DNA of 64,000 nt from Bugula neritina. Taxonomy: Eukaryota > Animalia > Bryozoa. The translations under genes and the position numbers were made by a program. Of the stretch, positions 40,933 through 54,569 are shown one piece after another. The stretch covers positions 27,589,504 to 27,653,503 of the forward strand of contig OZ037765.1 in the NCBI GenBank assembly GCA_964035545.1, written 5' to 3'. The notes beneath the pieces were generated by a model. It was not told the origin of the DNA and made no database searches. It worked only from the letters and a program-made list of their open reading frames with translations. Position 1 is the first letter of the stretch; each line of letters opens with the position of its first letter.

Positions 40933-43900
40933 TTACTGTGTTGGACAACTGTTAGCATCTTGCTCGCTGCTTTTGGTGTTGATCACTTTTTTCACTGCCT
41001 AAAATATAATAAAAATATAAAGGTAAAAGATAGATTTGAAAGTGGATCATTTTATTTTACAACTATTTTATAATACATTGCGTAGGTACTATTACTATCC
41101 TTTAGTTCAGAATTATAAGAGCCTGAAGATAGCAAGGAGACTGTTGGAATGATGCATTTTCTTTTAATTTTGTATTAATTCAAGATATTTAAACCAACTT
41201 GTAAGATCAATTCCAAAATTATCTATGTGGTAAATAAGAGGTTTCATGAAGTGATAACTCTAAATATTTCTATTGCTCACTATTCACAACTTATGCGGAA
41301 GTAGTACCTAAAAATAAGTTATAATGCAATCATTATGCATTTATTATATCCGGTTAGAAGTATTCATATGTACTATTTGCAAATATTTATATTATAAAGC
41401 TATTAATATTGAGCTTAGCTAAATTGCATCTTTTTAGCCAATCCCATACATGTTAATACATCACATTTTCTGCTAATAACCCTCCTGTAATACACATAAT
41501 AATGTCAAGGACTATTCCACTTCTGCTGTTAGACATTGCATAATAAATATTACTCTATACTCAGTAATTCATCCATATGAGAAAAATAAAATGCTGCTGT
41601 TTTACTCTCATTGAAAAGAAAGCCACAAAATGTTAAGTCATTATATATTACTCATGCTAGTAGCTTTACAATATTTAATTTTGTCTCAGTTTCTAATCCC
41701 TTATAAAGTTAGTATATTCACTACGTAGACCACACAATGGTAATTGTGAAGATTATAAAGAAGCCCCATAATAATCAATCAGATTTATTTTATGCTCATC
41801 TCTATTTAACTTCATTCAGCTTATAAAACACACCAAAATAGGATATACATTAGCTCCTTCTATGTGAGCCTACTATTTGTATATATCAATTATATACTTC
41901 TACAAAAGAACAGGCTTGCATTGAATTTCATCTCAACAGGATAGAAAACTTGATACTTTATTAACTCAACAAAGTTCCTGATTCTCTAAGAAAAGGCTAC
42001 ACTCTACACTTCCGCTTACGTTTATTTCCAATAAAATAAAGCATTAAAGTTGACAGCTTTTTAAGGGCATACCCTGCTATAAAATAGTGCTGAAAGCTGA
42101 AATTTTAAAACTACTGTGCAAGCTGTTAGATTACAGCAGGATGTTAGAGCTAATCTCATAAGCTTTAGAATATTGCAGTCTGCTCAAATTGTTGAAAGCT
42201 ACCCACGGATAGAAGCACATAATATATTGTAAACAAGAATAGAAAGCAGATTATATAAATCATTTGAAAGATGTAGCCATAAGCTGATTTTAGTAACAGA
42301 AAAGGTTAGCGGGAAGGTAGCTCAGTGTAATACTCACAGCGTTGGTTTGTGAATTGTCATAAAATTTGGCATTCTCCTAAAACATGGTCACAGAATTCTA
42401 AACAAACTGCAAATCTTGCATAGAGGTGCAGATTCTAAAAACTATACACAGTTGGAGCAACTTACACTTTCTACGACATATTCCTAGAATAACAGCCATA
42501 GATAATAGCTGACTATCAGCAATGATTTATTGCAACTGCTAAGATAAGCTGTTTACTGAATACAAGGTGAAGATATAAATATTATGGTTTCAGACACGTT
42601 TGTATATATTATACTGTCTTATTCATTTTTAATTACAAGACTTTGTGACAAATGAAATCAGATATAGCAGGAGACAGCTGGCAGCTAGAGAAACAAGTTA
42701 CAAGAGAATATAAACAATAGTTAAGGATACATTTTTCCACTCACTCTAAACAATAATCATAATAATGGCAATTTTAAATGATAATGAAAAATATTGTAGA
42801 ATTGAGGTTCTCAAGCTATTCTTGAAGGACTGATACTTTATTAAAAAGAAGGTACATGATCCCAGCTGTTGAGTGTTAGTCAGTTTTATTCCAACACCCA
42901 TTGGTGAAAGTAACAAGTATAATTCTGATATTTTATCAGCTATTAAGAATTTTTACTAATAAATAATGAGTACAATCAATTCACTATGAAAAACAACCCA
43001 AATAAAAGAGCTGATAACTCCGAATTCCAATATTGGAGCCTATTCAAAACCTTGCTGCATTAAATTTATAGGTTCTTAAATAATGGCTTAAGCTGGTAAA
43101 GCTCTCAGGCATTTCAAACACTTGCAAGACTTTTTCAGTTTATTCCATTACATATCATATATTGATTGTGTAGTTCTACTACATACAGCTGCAACTACTT
43201 CTAGTAGACATCCCTACTCTAAGAAGTGTGCATACAATGCATTTAGTTAGATAAATACAGGCCAACTTTAATATAAGGGGAACATTTTCACTCTGGGACT
43301 ACTCTTTACACTTGGTTTATAGCACAAAGAGCTGTAAAAGTTGCATACATAATGCCAAGCATACAGAATATCTTGTCGTTAATTCATTTATTTTTAAAAA
43401 TTCCAAAAAAGATGTCACAGCAGCTCAAAATTAAAGTGGCAAACCAAAGCACCACATATAAAGCATTGCATGTTTAAGAAGTTATCCCATCTTAAAAATA
43501 CTTTAGTAAAAGCGTTAACTGGTGAATTCTATGCAAAACATGCTATCAAAATAGTTACATCAGCAGTTCTGCTTTTCACGAAGTAATACATAGAAAATTG
43601 GCCTTACTACATAGAAGACTGGACTTAATACATAGAAGATTGGACGAAACAAAGATAGAATAAACAGGAACAAATGTTTAACGTAAACAAATAGTAGCAT
43701 CAGACAAAAAAACACTAGCAGACTAAAGCATGAGAGGATAGTAGATAGAGAAAGACAGTCACCTGTACAGTAGCATACCTGGCCATCTGCCCACAGACTG
43801 TCTGTACTAGACATGGGAGACTTTAATTCCTTCTTAAAGTATAAACCGGGACTACGAGGTCTCGTAGGCGACTTATTCTCCGTCTGGGGGGAGTCTGTTG

Positions 43901-46900
43901 ACTGAGTCAGATCTGCTTTGTGCTCTACACCAGCTCTTGGTGTAGTCTCACTATTCTGAGATCTTTCTGACAGAACAAGATCTGCATCAGACTGACACCG
44001 CTACAAAAAATTTTTATTAATTTTTTTCAAGTTAATGAAAAATAATCGTGATAACTTGCAGATGAATTTTCTTTGGTGAATAACCTATATATAAATTGAA
44101 ACAGCTTATATAATCATAGTGAAAAATATAACAACAATTTTAATAACAAACTAATAAATTTAAATTTTTTTTAGTAAATATATGTATATATAACTACTAT
44201 ATATTATTTTATCATTTATTTTTACTAATGGGCTAAGTATGAGCTGTTAATAAGGTATTAAGATATCTGAATAGAGCTCTGTAACATCATTATAATTGTG
44301 TCAATTTGTCTACATTTAGAGGTCACTGATCTTGCAGACATACAATTTAATAACTCGTTTACTAATGTGAACACATTGTGCACAGGGTAGACAACTGCCA
44401 ATTCAGCATTACCAGTGTGCAGGTTTACTTGGTTTAGTTTAATTTTAAATAAAACCGGTGGTTAAAGCTTACACTAGATACTCCATCTGGCTGGTCACTG
44501 GGGGTGGAGAGGGACACATCACTAGAATGCTCATCTCTCTCCCCTGTTTCATCAACTGGTTGAGGAGCAGCCTGCCAGCTGGCTGAACCTGGTTGAGAAT
44601 CAGCTCCCAGAAGAGCGTTGGCTGTATTAGAATCAAAGTTGGGTATGTCTTCCACATGGCCCCTCTCTAACCTGGTGTCAGATCTAGAGTCACCTACTCA
44701 ATAATAAAGTGTGTCTATTAATAAAGCTTCATTAAAACCTAAGCAACAAATTTTTCTCAACTTTATAAACTCTGATAATTTAAAACCAGAACACCTTAGA
44801 TTAAGGTGTTTTAGTGTAACTGCTTTGTCACAAATATGTGCCCTAAGACAGCCTTACAAGCTACTATTACTTTGTAGCATTAAAGAACTAGAGACACTAA
44901 CAAGAGTAATAAAAAAAACTCAACAGATACAAATTAATGAGCTAGTAAAATTGATTTGAACTAGAATTCAATTCTACATCATGCAACACTCTCAACTCAC
45001 CCTCGTACTTGGCTTTGAAATCTTCCAATTTAACTGAAAGTTGAATATTTTGTGCATGCAGCTGGTTTGCTTTACTTTCAATATTTCGGAGTTTATGTTG
45101 GACATCATTCAGCTGCTGCGTGTTGTACGTAGAGGCAAGACGTCTCTCATCCAGCTCCTTCTTCATTGCCTTTAACTCTGCACTAAACAGACCCAAACAT
45201 TACATTATAAGAATTGCTTAAAAATATTTATTAATTACAATACAGTACATGCAAGTTTTATGGACAGTTTTATAATATAAGGAGTTGCGAAACAAATATT
45301 TTACATGAAAAGATAACTCCATTTGAGATGAGAGTAAACTCACTCTTTGGTGAGGAGGAGGCTTTCAACAAACTGCACCGTCTTATAGTCTGTTTCCTGA
45401 ACTGCTGAAGAACTTCTAAGGGGTTGTACAACTGATTTGACCTGTGAAAACACAAACCTCAAGCTACAGTTGGAAGTTTATAGCATAGAAATACTTTCAA
45501 ATTCATACCAAAGACCTTTCCTTACTATATGAATGTATGCATGTATGTACAGTATGTATGTACAGTACATATGTATACACAACACATTATGAACACTTTT
45601 ACACATGCCTCACCACACGCACACACAGACACGCACACACAGACACGCACACACAGACACGCACACACATATATAAGTGTAGGGCCACACGACACGTTTT
45701 ACAACGAGCGTGACGTGCGAGAAATCCCATTTAGCCCAAAAATTGGACGTTGCGTGCGGATTTTCAAGCGTCTAACATGCTAAGCGAGAAGTGCGACACG
45801 CTTGTGCGACACAGTTTGATCTAATTGGCTTATTACCATGTAATATTTAGCAAGCACATTTTTTTATTTTAATTTACGATTTAACTTCTAGCGAGCTGAA
45901 TTAAAACAGTTTTATATAGTTTGCATTTCCGCTTTTATAATATCCGAATCCGATGACGTAGTCTAAAAACAAACGTCTGTAGGCGAGCAGTAAAGTTTAA
46001 CGCTAACATCATTGGCTAATAAATTTTTGCACTCGCAACACACGCACTGTGTGTGGCAGGTCACTAGCGTGTATTCTAATGGGATTTCTCGCACGTCACG
46101 CTCGCGTAAAACGCGTCGTGTGGCCCTACACGAAATGTACAACACAATATATACACTTCTACACATGCCTCACCTCATCTGTGGATAACTTTAATGTAAG
46201 ATAGCGAATTTCATTCCTGGCTTCAGTTAGCTGATTCTCCAACTCAGTCACATGATTGCTATCCACCTGCCCACTCGCCATTCTTATTATATTAGACATC
46301 TGCAGCTGTAACAAACCATCACACTGAAACCTTACAAAGAGTTAACTGCTAAAAATAACCAGTTTATACAGTTTATACCTTTCCAATAAGGTATTTGAAC
46401 AAACCATTGCAGATAAAATACAGCATGTACCAAGATATCACCTAAAAATATCATTAGGTAGAAGGAATTCGCATCATTTCTGACATATATTCATAGTTAG
46501 TAGTTGAGGCTCTCAAAATCAGTTAATCATTGCCTTCATTTCCTTTACGAATAAATTAGCAATAAATCATGTAAACTATCCAGACGGGATGCATGGTTGG
46601 TCAACAAACAACTCTAACCAGTTTCTGAATAACTTATTAGAAAGGACACAGGTTTGAAATAACCTGTATACGCTGAAACTATTAATAACCGGAACTTGTA
46701 AGAAGCTATGATTGTAACATATGCATAGCAACCATTACAGTAATTTTAATGATATTGCTGTAAAAAGTTACTAATTATAATTTTTCGTAGCTTGAATAAT
46801 TAAATATTGTTTTTGTCTAAGACAAACTAGGATGCCATTTTTTTAATCTATAAAATAACATAATGTCCTAGAATAATAAGTTTATAATTAATTTTAACGA

Positions 46901-49900
46901 AGTGGAACACATACCATGCATACATTTGCTTTATACAATACAGCTTTACACAATACAGCTTCATAAAATACATTCTACCAAAATCATCGCTAGAAATGCT
47001 TACAATAGCAGTAGTTATGTTAATAAATATTTTTCTAAAATTGATTTCAAATTATGATTTAACCCTAATGATACAAAACGATTTTCATTTGCAAATTAAG
47101 ACAGACTACATAAGATAATCATAATAGAGTATAAATATGTGTTCATCACAAATAAAAGAAATGGGCGGAATATTAAAACTGCCTATTGAAGCACAAGCAT
47201 TGCCTATTGGGTATTGAGCAAATCCAGTTAGGTCACTTCCAAGAAGAGACAACTCATACAAACTATGTGAAATTTTTGAAAATAAAAATTTAAAATATTA
47301 GGTGGTAAGTGTTCATATAGTTTATGTTGGGAGTTGATAAAATAACAGCACACAGCATAGTCTACATCATACATAAACTGGTCGACATCATACATAAACT
47401 GGTCGACATCATACATGGGCGATGGGAAAGCAACATAAAATTTCATTACCTTTAGTTTAGAGATCTGCTTCTTGCCAAGATCATACTGATTAACCAAACT
47501 CTCATATTTCACATTCAATAGCAGCAGCTTTTTCTCAGCTTCCTGACGCTTGTCATCCAACTAGAATGATATACACATCTGAATGAACACAAGGTAGATG
47601 AGCTAGCATAACATGTAATGTATAACTTACATCAGCAGACAATATATATACCAGCTACTAGCTAGATAATATACTGATATATCGGTGGTATCGGTATATG
47701 TACAGAGCTACTGGTATATGTAATGCAGGTAGAGGATATAATACTAAGGAGTGAAGTGACATAATTTCTCTTAAACTAAAACTTTTTGCGAAAACGTCTG
47801 GAATTGATTAAATCACTTTCCAAGCACATGGTCAAAATATTGACATGTCAAAGTTTATTGACATATTTTTTGTTTCTTTTTTCTGATGCATATTTTAATA
47901 CTTAAATAAGTATTTTTGTTTTCATATCTTCAAAACGTTAATTACTGGTTATTTTATTGGTTCTACCTAAACTATTCTATAAAGTTAAAAAGCAATTTTT
48001 GAAGCTCAATTTTGATTTTTCACTGTCAAATTGACAAAACAATCAGAACTCAACTCTAGAAACTGAACTTATTTTTGAAGCTGAATTTATTTAAACCATT
48101 TATAGTATTGAATCACTAAAAAAGCTCATATTGCTAAAATCATCTTTCTTTTGGTCATAACCAGAACTTTATGTCATTCTCTTCGTACCATAAACTATAA
48201 TATAGACAACATAATATGACCAGATGCTGCTTACTTCAGTGAACATGGAGTTTCCTTTCTGTTTGTGATCTCGGTCATTCATTCTCAACATATCAATCTC
48301 ACACCTCAACTCCTGGTTCTCCTGAGTGGTAGCCTGAAATCATACCACCAGTTCAGCACTATAGTTGGCACGCATAGTAACATGAGTGTGTAGAACATTT
48401 TGGAAATATGGCTACAGCGTTTCTGAGTGGAAAACTAAAACTTACACCGTGTTAGAGACAACGTATAATAAACCCATAACACTGTATATATCAACAGAGC
48501 TCAATGAATATTCATGGCACAAAAACCTAACTAATAGTTGAAAAATAGTCAACTGGTAAGTAGTGACTAGCAGACTAAGGACAGTTACTAGTAGACAGTA
48601 AGTCATGTCATAAACTAGCAGTGGTTCAGTTAAACTGTATACTATCAGTGACTTAGTCTAACTGAGTCCCTGAGAGTATACAGTCTAACTATTAGTGAGT
48701 CAGTTAAACTGTAGACTATCAGTGACTAAGTTAGACTGTAGATTAGTAGTCAGTCGGTTAGACTGTAGACTAGAAGTGACTCAGTTAAACTGTAGACTAT
48801 CAGTCAATAGTTACTCACCATGAATGAGTTGGACATATTGGAGAGCTGAGAATTAGCATACGTCAGTTCTTCTTCTAGACTAGATATTTGCTGAATGTAA
48901 GACTCCAGTTGGTGGGTGAGATGGTCAATTTGACTCTGCTGAGATACGCAGTTACTGTTGGACTCATCCTATAAACAGTAATAATATTTGTACACAGTCA
49001 GAATTGATATTCACCAAACGCACCTCATGTTCAAAGCTGCACACAACTTTTCAAAATATATTGAGGCCATTTACTGAGTCAAGCCTATAATAATTTCACA
49101 ATAACACAGACATAAATTATAAAGTACATGCCATATAATATACACTATGCAGCTTATCGGCCAGTGTTTAGGATACAAGTGTGTATAGGTATTGTAGAAT
49201 ACACTGTGCCACCTATAGCTGGATATAGTACAGACAAATAGTGGTATGCAATAGGTTAGTAGTTATCAGTGAATAAACTAGTTCCTAGTGATAACCAGTA
49301 GGCTAAGAAGCTATAATAGCTGGATACTTGGCATGCTGTCAAAGGTGGTAGTTGGAGGTATAATGTAAACTCAACTTGTTTACATTTGGCAGCACCAATG
49401 CCAAGAATGCACCATTACCTGAAATCTTAGATAAATACCAGGTGACCCAATATGCCAGTTACAAACCCCAAGACTAAACACAAGTCCCAGTGATAAAATA
49501 TACCACACAGATAGTTTGGCAAATGACTGAGGGGGGAGACCACAAAATCAGAGTGAAACAACTACCATGACTCAACTACTTGCAGTGTCACTAGAAAACA
49601 ACTCAAATATATCACATGGCACAGGTGAGTAGTTTTAGCTGTTTTTGGCAGCCCATATTGTATTAAAATAGGTTACTTAACTATGCAAATTTCTAATCAT
49701 TTTATTCTAAAATTGTAGTGAAATTTAACATATTGCAGCATAGTAATGGAACTGCATTGCATGGAGAGAATACTGATAATATGCTACCTGACAATGACTT
49801 GCAGCAGTGTGTCATGTCATGGCATGCTGAATGTCACCAACCATGTTCAAAGAATACATTGAAAGAAGCAGTTCAATGAATAACCCCAGGCAGATAAAAA

Positions 49901-52409
49901 TCAGGTTGAACAGAGTTTACTCATTGCAACATTCTAATAATAAGTTATATGACCTGTTAGTTACATACAGTAAATATTTCATCTAGAAGAATAATTTAAC
50001 AAGACAACCAAAACTTCATAGTTAAACCACAATTCTAATGATGTTACTATAAAATAACAGTAATGTAAAATGATTTTTTGTCATTACGAATTTCAAGTGA
50101 ATAAAATTTTGTCACGCCTGCCCAACCTGCAACACTATAAAAATTCTAATTCACAAACTGAAGAAAGCAAATAGCCAACTGTTTTCCAAAACATTTTCCA
50201 AAAATTAGGAAAAAAGTAATAATACATGAAAACCACCAGCTTACCCGTTCTGATTTAATGGACTGCAGTTCTTTGAGAAGCTCTGCGACCTCCTCAGTGT
50301 CTGTTTTACTCTCCTGGACTGCCAATAGTCTGCTGTTCACTTCCTCCAGCTGAGTCTTGTGCGAGTCTACCACACTCGTCAAATGCTTGTTGTCCAGATT
50401 TGATTTGTCTAACAGTGACTCTAGTTCTCTGATCTGAAACATGCACATCTCTCAATCACATCAACACACCGCAGTGAATGAGTGCAACATTGCTAACTAC
50501 TACTACTGCATATAGTGCTTCTAAACCAAATCACAAGAAATATCATGTAGAAGTTGAAAGAACTTGGGCTATGAGAGTTGGTTTTATGCAAGCTAATATT
50601 TAATTACAGGAAGTTGAGCCTGTACTAGTCTTATTATAGTCATGCAATGTTGAATGCTGGTGTGTTTGCCTCAGCTGCAACATTTACTCAATTGTTGGAG
50701 TAAATAAACAAAAACAATACCTACGTTTTTGCATTGTGAAATGGTCATTGTGCTGCACTACTTTAATTTTGTAAGAATCGGGCATCTTAGTTTGTGTATG
50801 TTTGAAATAAAACCCAAGATGGAAAGATAAGATAGCAGTGACCTTACAGAACAGGTTACAATAGCATTCACACATACTACAATGTTGAGATGAGCCCCCA
50901 GCGCACACAGTGAAATGACCCTAATTTAGGATAACTCAAGCACCGATAACTCACGCAGGTTTATAGTCGCTATCCCTGTGAGAAACCCCTGATAGAACGG
51001 GTTTTTGTTAAAGCGGGCTAAGGACTTATTTAAATGAGGCACAGGAGCAATTATGACTGGATGCTCTTCCTAACATCACCAACGGCCTTTGTCCGGCTCG
51101 AACCCATGACCTTCTGTTTACTAGGCAAACACTCTAACCCCTAGACTACACCTCAAGCACCCATTCTTCATCAAATTAGCTTACTCTGTATCTCAGCTCA
51201 CTAATCAGCTGTGATTGATCTCTCAGCTCATTTAAAACTTTCATTTCATCTCGTTGGCTGCCTAAATGCTTCTTCAGAGTTTCAATCTCATCTTGATATT
51301 CCATTTCCATTCTCTCTTTGTGCTCCAACCTTTGAGTTACTGAATAGTTTTCTTCCTTTAATATCTGCCAGAATCAAACCAGACTATAATTATGTGAAAC
51401 TGGATATATTCTTATGAAAAGATTACTATTTATAAAACAACAATAAGATTTGTAAGATTAGTTTCTCTTCCACTCTAAAACATTGACATTTTCTCAATGT
51501 CTGGAGTCAATTATTAGAGATTCACATAAATTATATGATGCTTAGAGAAACCATGCCATAGGGTTACTACATGTTATGCTAGCAGCACGAGGAATGCAAG
51601 TGCTGTCAAAGTCATGTCACTTGATTTCTCCTCAACTACCAATCATAGTAATTGTCTATGCAATGTAATTGTCTATCTCAACTGTCTATGCAATTAGAGA
51701 GTGGAAAAAGTATTATGCAAAAAACTTCGTGTAGCCACATAGAGATTAAAGCAGAATAATAATGGTTCCATTTCTTCATAAACCTATAGCTTTACAGCCT
51801 AGTAACTAGACACTCCTTTACGATTTCTATATGCACTACACTCTACAGTGAAGAGTAAATTTCTCTTCAGCTGTCACAAAATTATATGCATGAAGGTTTC
51901 TGTTGACAAAAACATGACAGAATTTAAAATTAATGACACTTACGAAGTGCAGGTTAAACATTAACCAGCTGAGCTGCATACACTTGATATATTCAAATAT
52001 ATTCAAAATACCAACAGTAGAGGCTAAACTATTTGTGTCTAATGAGGAATTAGATATAAGTGCCCCTTTATGAAATGTAGTCTAAATTACTTATTACTCA
52101 GCATTGACAATAGCACACATACAATCTAGAACCTGCAAGCACAATACTACATGTGCATAACATGTTATATGTATATTAATAGTTTTCTTTCAGATGAAAA
52201 TTCAATATGACTTATCTGACCACCTCAAGCTGTCGGGTGAATTTTCTAGTCATGTCATCAATGCTTTGTGCCAACTCTCGATTCTGGTCAAGCAAGTCTT
52301 TACCATACTGAGCAGATGTGCGCAAGATTTGATCCTTTTCCTCTAAACGTGCTCTCAGAGATTCAACGTCACACAATGAAGAGGATGAGGAGCTACATGA
52401 GCTAGCCAT
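40933..52409 (-). CDS. SPDL1: Spindly, kinetochore dynein-dynactin adaptor; 13 exons, about 625 aa
   Basis: Exons 52409-~52221, 51364-51185, 50433-50245, 48968-48819, 48333-48235, 47560-47450, 46305-46174, 45441-45344, 45182-45001, 44693-44473, 44000-43779, 42376-42338, 40998-40933; all phase-consistent. CC1 box (SAQYGKDLL), Spindly motif KGNSMFTELDDKR followed by VKYESL..KLQM, and C-terminal CaaX CPTQ* (human Spindly ends CPQQ). Confidence 0.92.
45616..45669. repeat. 12-bp CA-rich repeat (CACGCACACAGA-type)
   Basis: Directly visible next to the MITE. Confidence 0.8.
45677..46131. mobile_element. MITE with ~55-bp well-preserved TIRs in Spindly intron 7
   Basis: gtgtagggccacacgacacgttttacaacgagcgtgacgtgcgagaaatcccatt ... 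aatgggatttctcgcacgtcacgctcgcgtaaaacgcgtcgtgtggccctacac; CpG-rich relative to the host sequence; no transposase ORF. Confidence 0.88.
47364..47416. repeat. 21-bp tandem repeat, 2.5 copies, Spindly intron
   Basis: ACATCATACATAAACTGGTCG repeated. Confidence 0.85.
48590..48806. repeat. Degenerate ~29-bp tandem repeat (AGTTAAACTGTAGACTATCAGTGACT), Spindly intron
   Basis: Several imperfect units next to the exon 4 donor. Confidence 0.7.
50945..51151 (-). mobile_element. tRNA-derived SINE with a MetaSINE/MESC-like core and a 10-bp TSD
   Basis: The minus strand begins gtgtagtctaggggttagagtg (A box-like), then GGTTCGAGCC (B box), then core gttggtgatgttaggaagagcatccagtcataa. Perfect TSD ctcaagcacc at 50935-50944 and 51152-51161. 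The core-family assignment is from memory. Confidence 0.85.
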
Positions 52410-53049
52410 GACTGCCACTGTGTAAAACAAATATAACAATAAAGTGAGAAAAGTAAAACTACCTAATACCTGTACTAATTGCTCCCATAATGCTGCAACT
52501 TGAAGTATGTAAATTTGAGTGAAAAATAACTATATCACATGAAAGCACTTGTTCTAAGCCATGATGTTACATCGTACTTTTCCTTAGTGACACATTGATG
52601 ACATATTTAAAATATATGTTAAAAATCAGTGAGAACCATTGACAGTAATTCAAAATTTAGATAGAAGCTATGAAACTTTTGCATAATTGTATGGTACCTT
52701 ACTTAAGTTAGAATCTTGTTTTTGGTTAACAAAAACTATACATAAAAGATGCTGCCAGAAAACTATTAGAATTTCAAATTAACTTTGTAAAATAATGACC
52801 GAAGCAAATTTACGGAACGAGTCTAACAGGTTTGTTATGATTATTCAACTTTTAGGCATGCTGCAATGTATTGCAATAACTGCTTTCTCATTTCATAAGT
52901 TCGTAGATCTGCCTTGCTGCTGAATTGTTAGCTCCAACTTTTTCACATATGTCTAAATCACGAGGTTAAATTTTCCAGTCATTCATTAACTTATTTCAAT
53001 TATCTACGATAATGTTAATGATAAAGCAAAAGTCATATGCTAATAAAAT

Positions 53050-53910
53050 ACCCCCCTAATAATTATGATTATCATTATGGTTATAACTACTAGTACTACT
53101 GCTCTAGGCTACTACTAGTAGTAGTAGTACATACTAAGCATTAATATTTATACTAATACTAATACTATAGTAACAGTAAAAGACTAATAGTAATAGTTAT
53201 ACTTATAGTAATACTAAGAGTAAGTCTAATATCAATACTATAGTAAACTATAAAACTAAATGTAACACTAATAGTAATAATAATTAAATGTGATAGTAGT
53301 AGCTATACTTATTTTTATAGTATAATTATAACATTAACTATAAGTAGGCTATGTAGTACTAGTAGTACTAGTAGTAGTAGTAGTAGCACTTTAGTGGTAC
53401 CTGTACTACTAGTACTGCTAGAACTACTAGTAGTAGTAGTAGTACTACTAGCAGTAGACGTAGTACAGTAATGAGTAAGTGCATCATCACATTCACTCGC
53501 AATAAGACCTAACAGTAACTGTAAGAGTAGGTGTAACATAAACTGCCACTACTAGTGCTACTCCTACTTCAAGTAGCACTACTAGTACTATTACTGTATT
53601 AGTAATAGTACGTCTATACCTAGATACTAGTAGTAGTAGTACTAGTAGTAGTAGTAGTACTCTACTTACAGTTACTATTAGTATTAGTATTACTATTACT
53701 ATTAGTATTACTATTACTATTAGTTATTGCTATTAGTTATTACTATTACTGTTGTCTATTAGCATTGGCAATACTAATAGTAATACTATTGTCATTGATG
53801 TTACTATTAATATTATTATTAGTAATATTTTTGTATTAACTATTACTATTACTATTAGTATTACAGTACTAGTAGTAGTACTAGATTGCAGTTACTGTTA
53901 CTTTTATTGC
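53050..53910. repeat. (AGT)n/(ACT)n/(ATT)n low-complexity tract upstream of Spindly
   Basis: Directly visible degenerate trinucleotide runs. Confidence 0.85.
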
Positions 53911-54569
53911 TAAGCCTAATGATACGATAGAAAAAACGATCCATTGTAGCCCTAATCCCAATGTATAATAATTAGTATTTCTAATAATTGTATTTGTAAC
54001 TATAACCAGAGGGAGAGTGGTTTACTTCAACTCCGAGTTTTAAATTCCATGAAATGACTTAAACCCGCCCCAAATTAAAAATGAACAGTAACATAAGGAT
54101 ATGATAAAATCGTTGTATTCGACGGTTTCCCTGAAAAGACAACTCTTAATATATGTTCTAGCGTGAAGATTTTACCTTCACAATACTGAAAAGTAAGAGA
54201 TTAATTTATACAAGAGAAATGACATTATATTGAGATGAAAGTTCTCAGCAAATGTAATGCTGACTTGCAACGACTATTTTTATGAAAACTACCAGTTTTT
54301 ATCTTACAACTTTGCTTGATTATTGATAGCGAACAAGGGAACAGGGCTTGATTTTTTCAAAAATGCAATTTGGCATTTGGTTTATTATACTTGCATACTT
54401 GGATTTTGACTAATCATAACTTAATATTATAAAGTGTATAAGAATTGTCAATCTTTTAAATAATTACACTCCTGGCACAACCAGTAAAACAGAAAATAAA
54501 CTTGCTATATAAATATATTTACACCACCAACAGTTGATGTAGTAAAATAAATTTATTTTCACAACACTA

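Noticed and set aside
42308-42337. tRNA A-box-like GGTAGCTCAGTGTAA
   Set aside because: No B box or cloverleaf follows; it is intron sequence beside the micro-exon donor.
51070-51151. tRNA gene
   Set aside because: The acceptor stem is incomplete and the sequence continues into a SINE core bounded by a TSD.
40933-52409. BICD/BICDR call for the coiled-coil gene
   Set aside because: The sequence after the GNSxFxE motif and the terminal CaaX are Spindly-specific.
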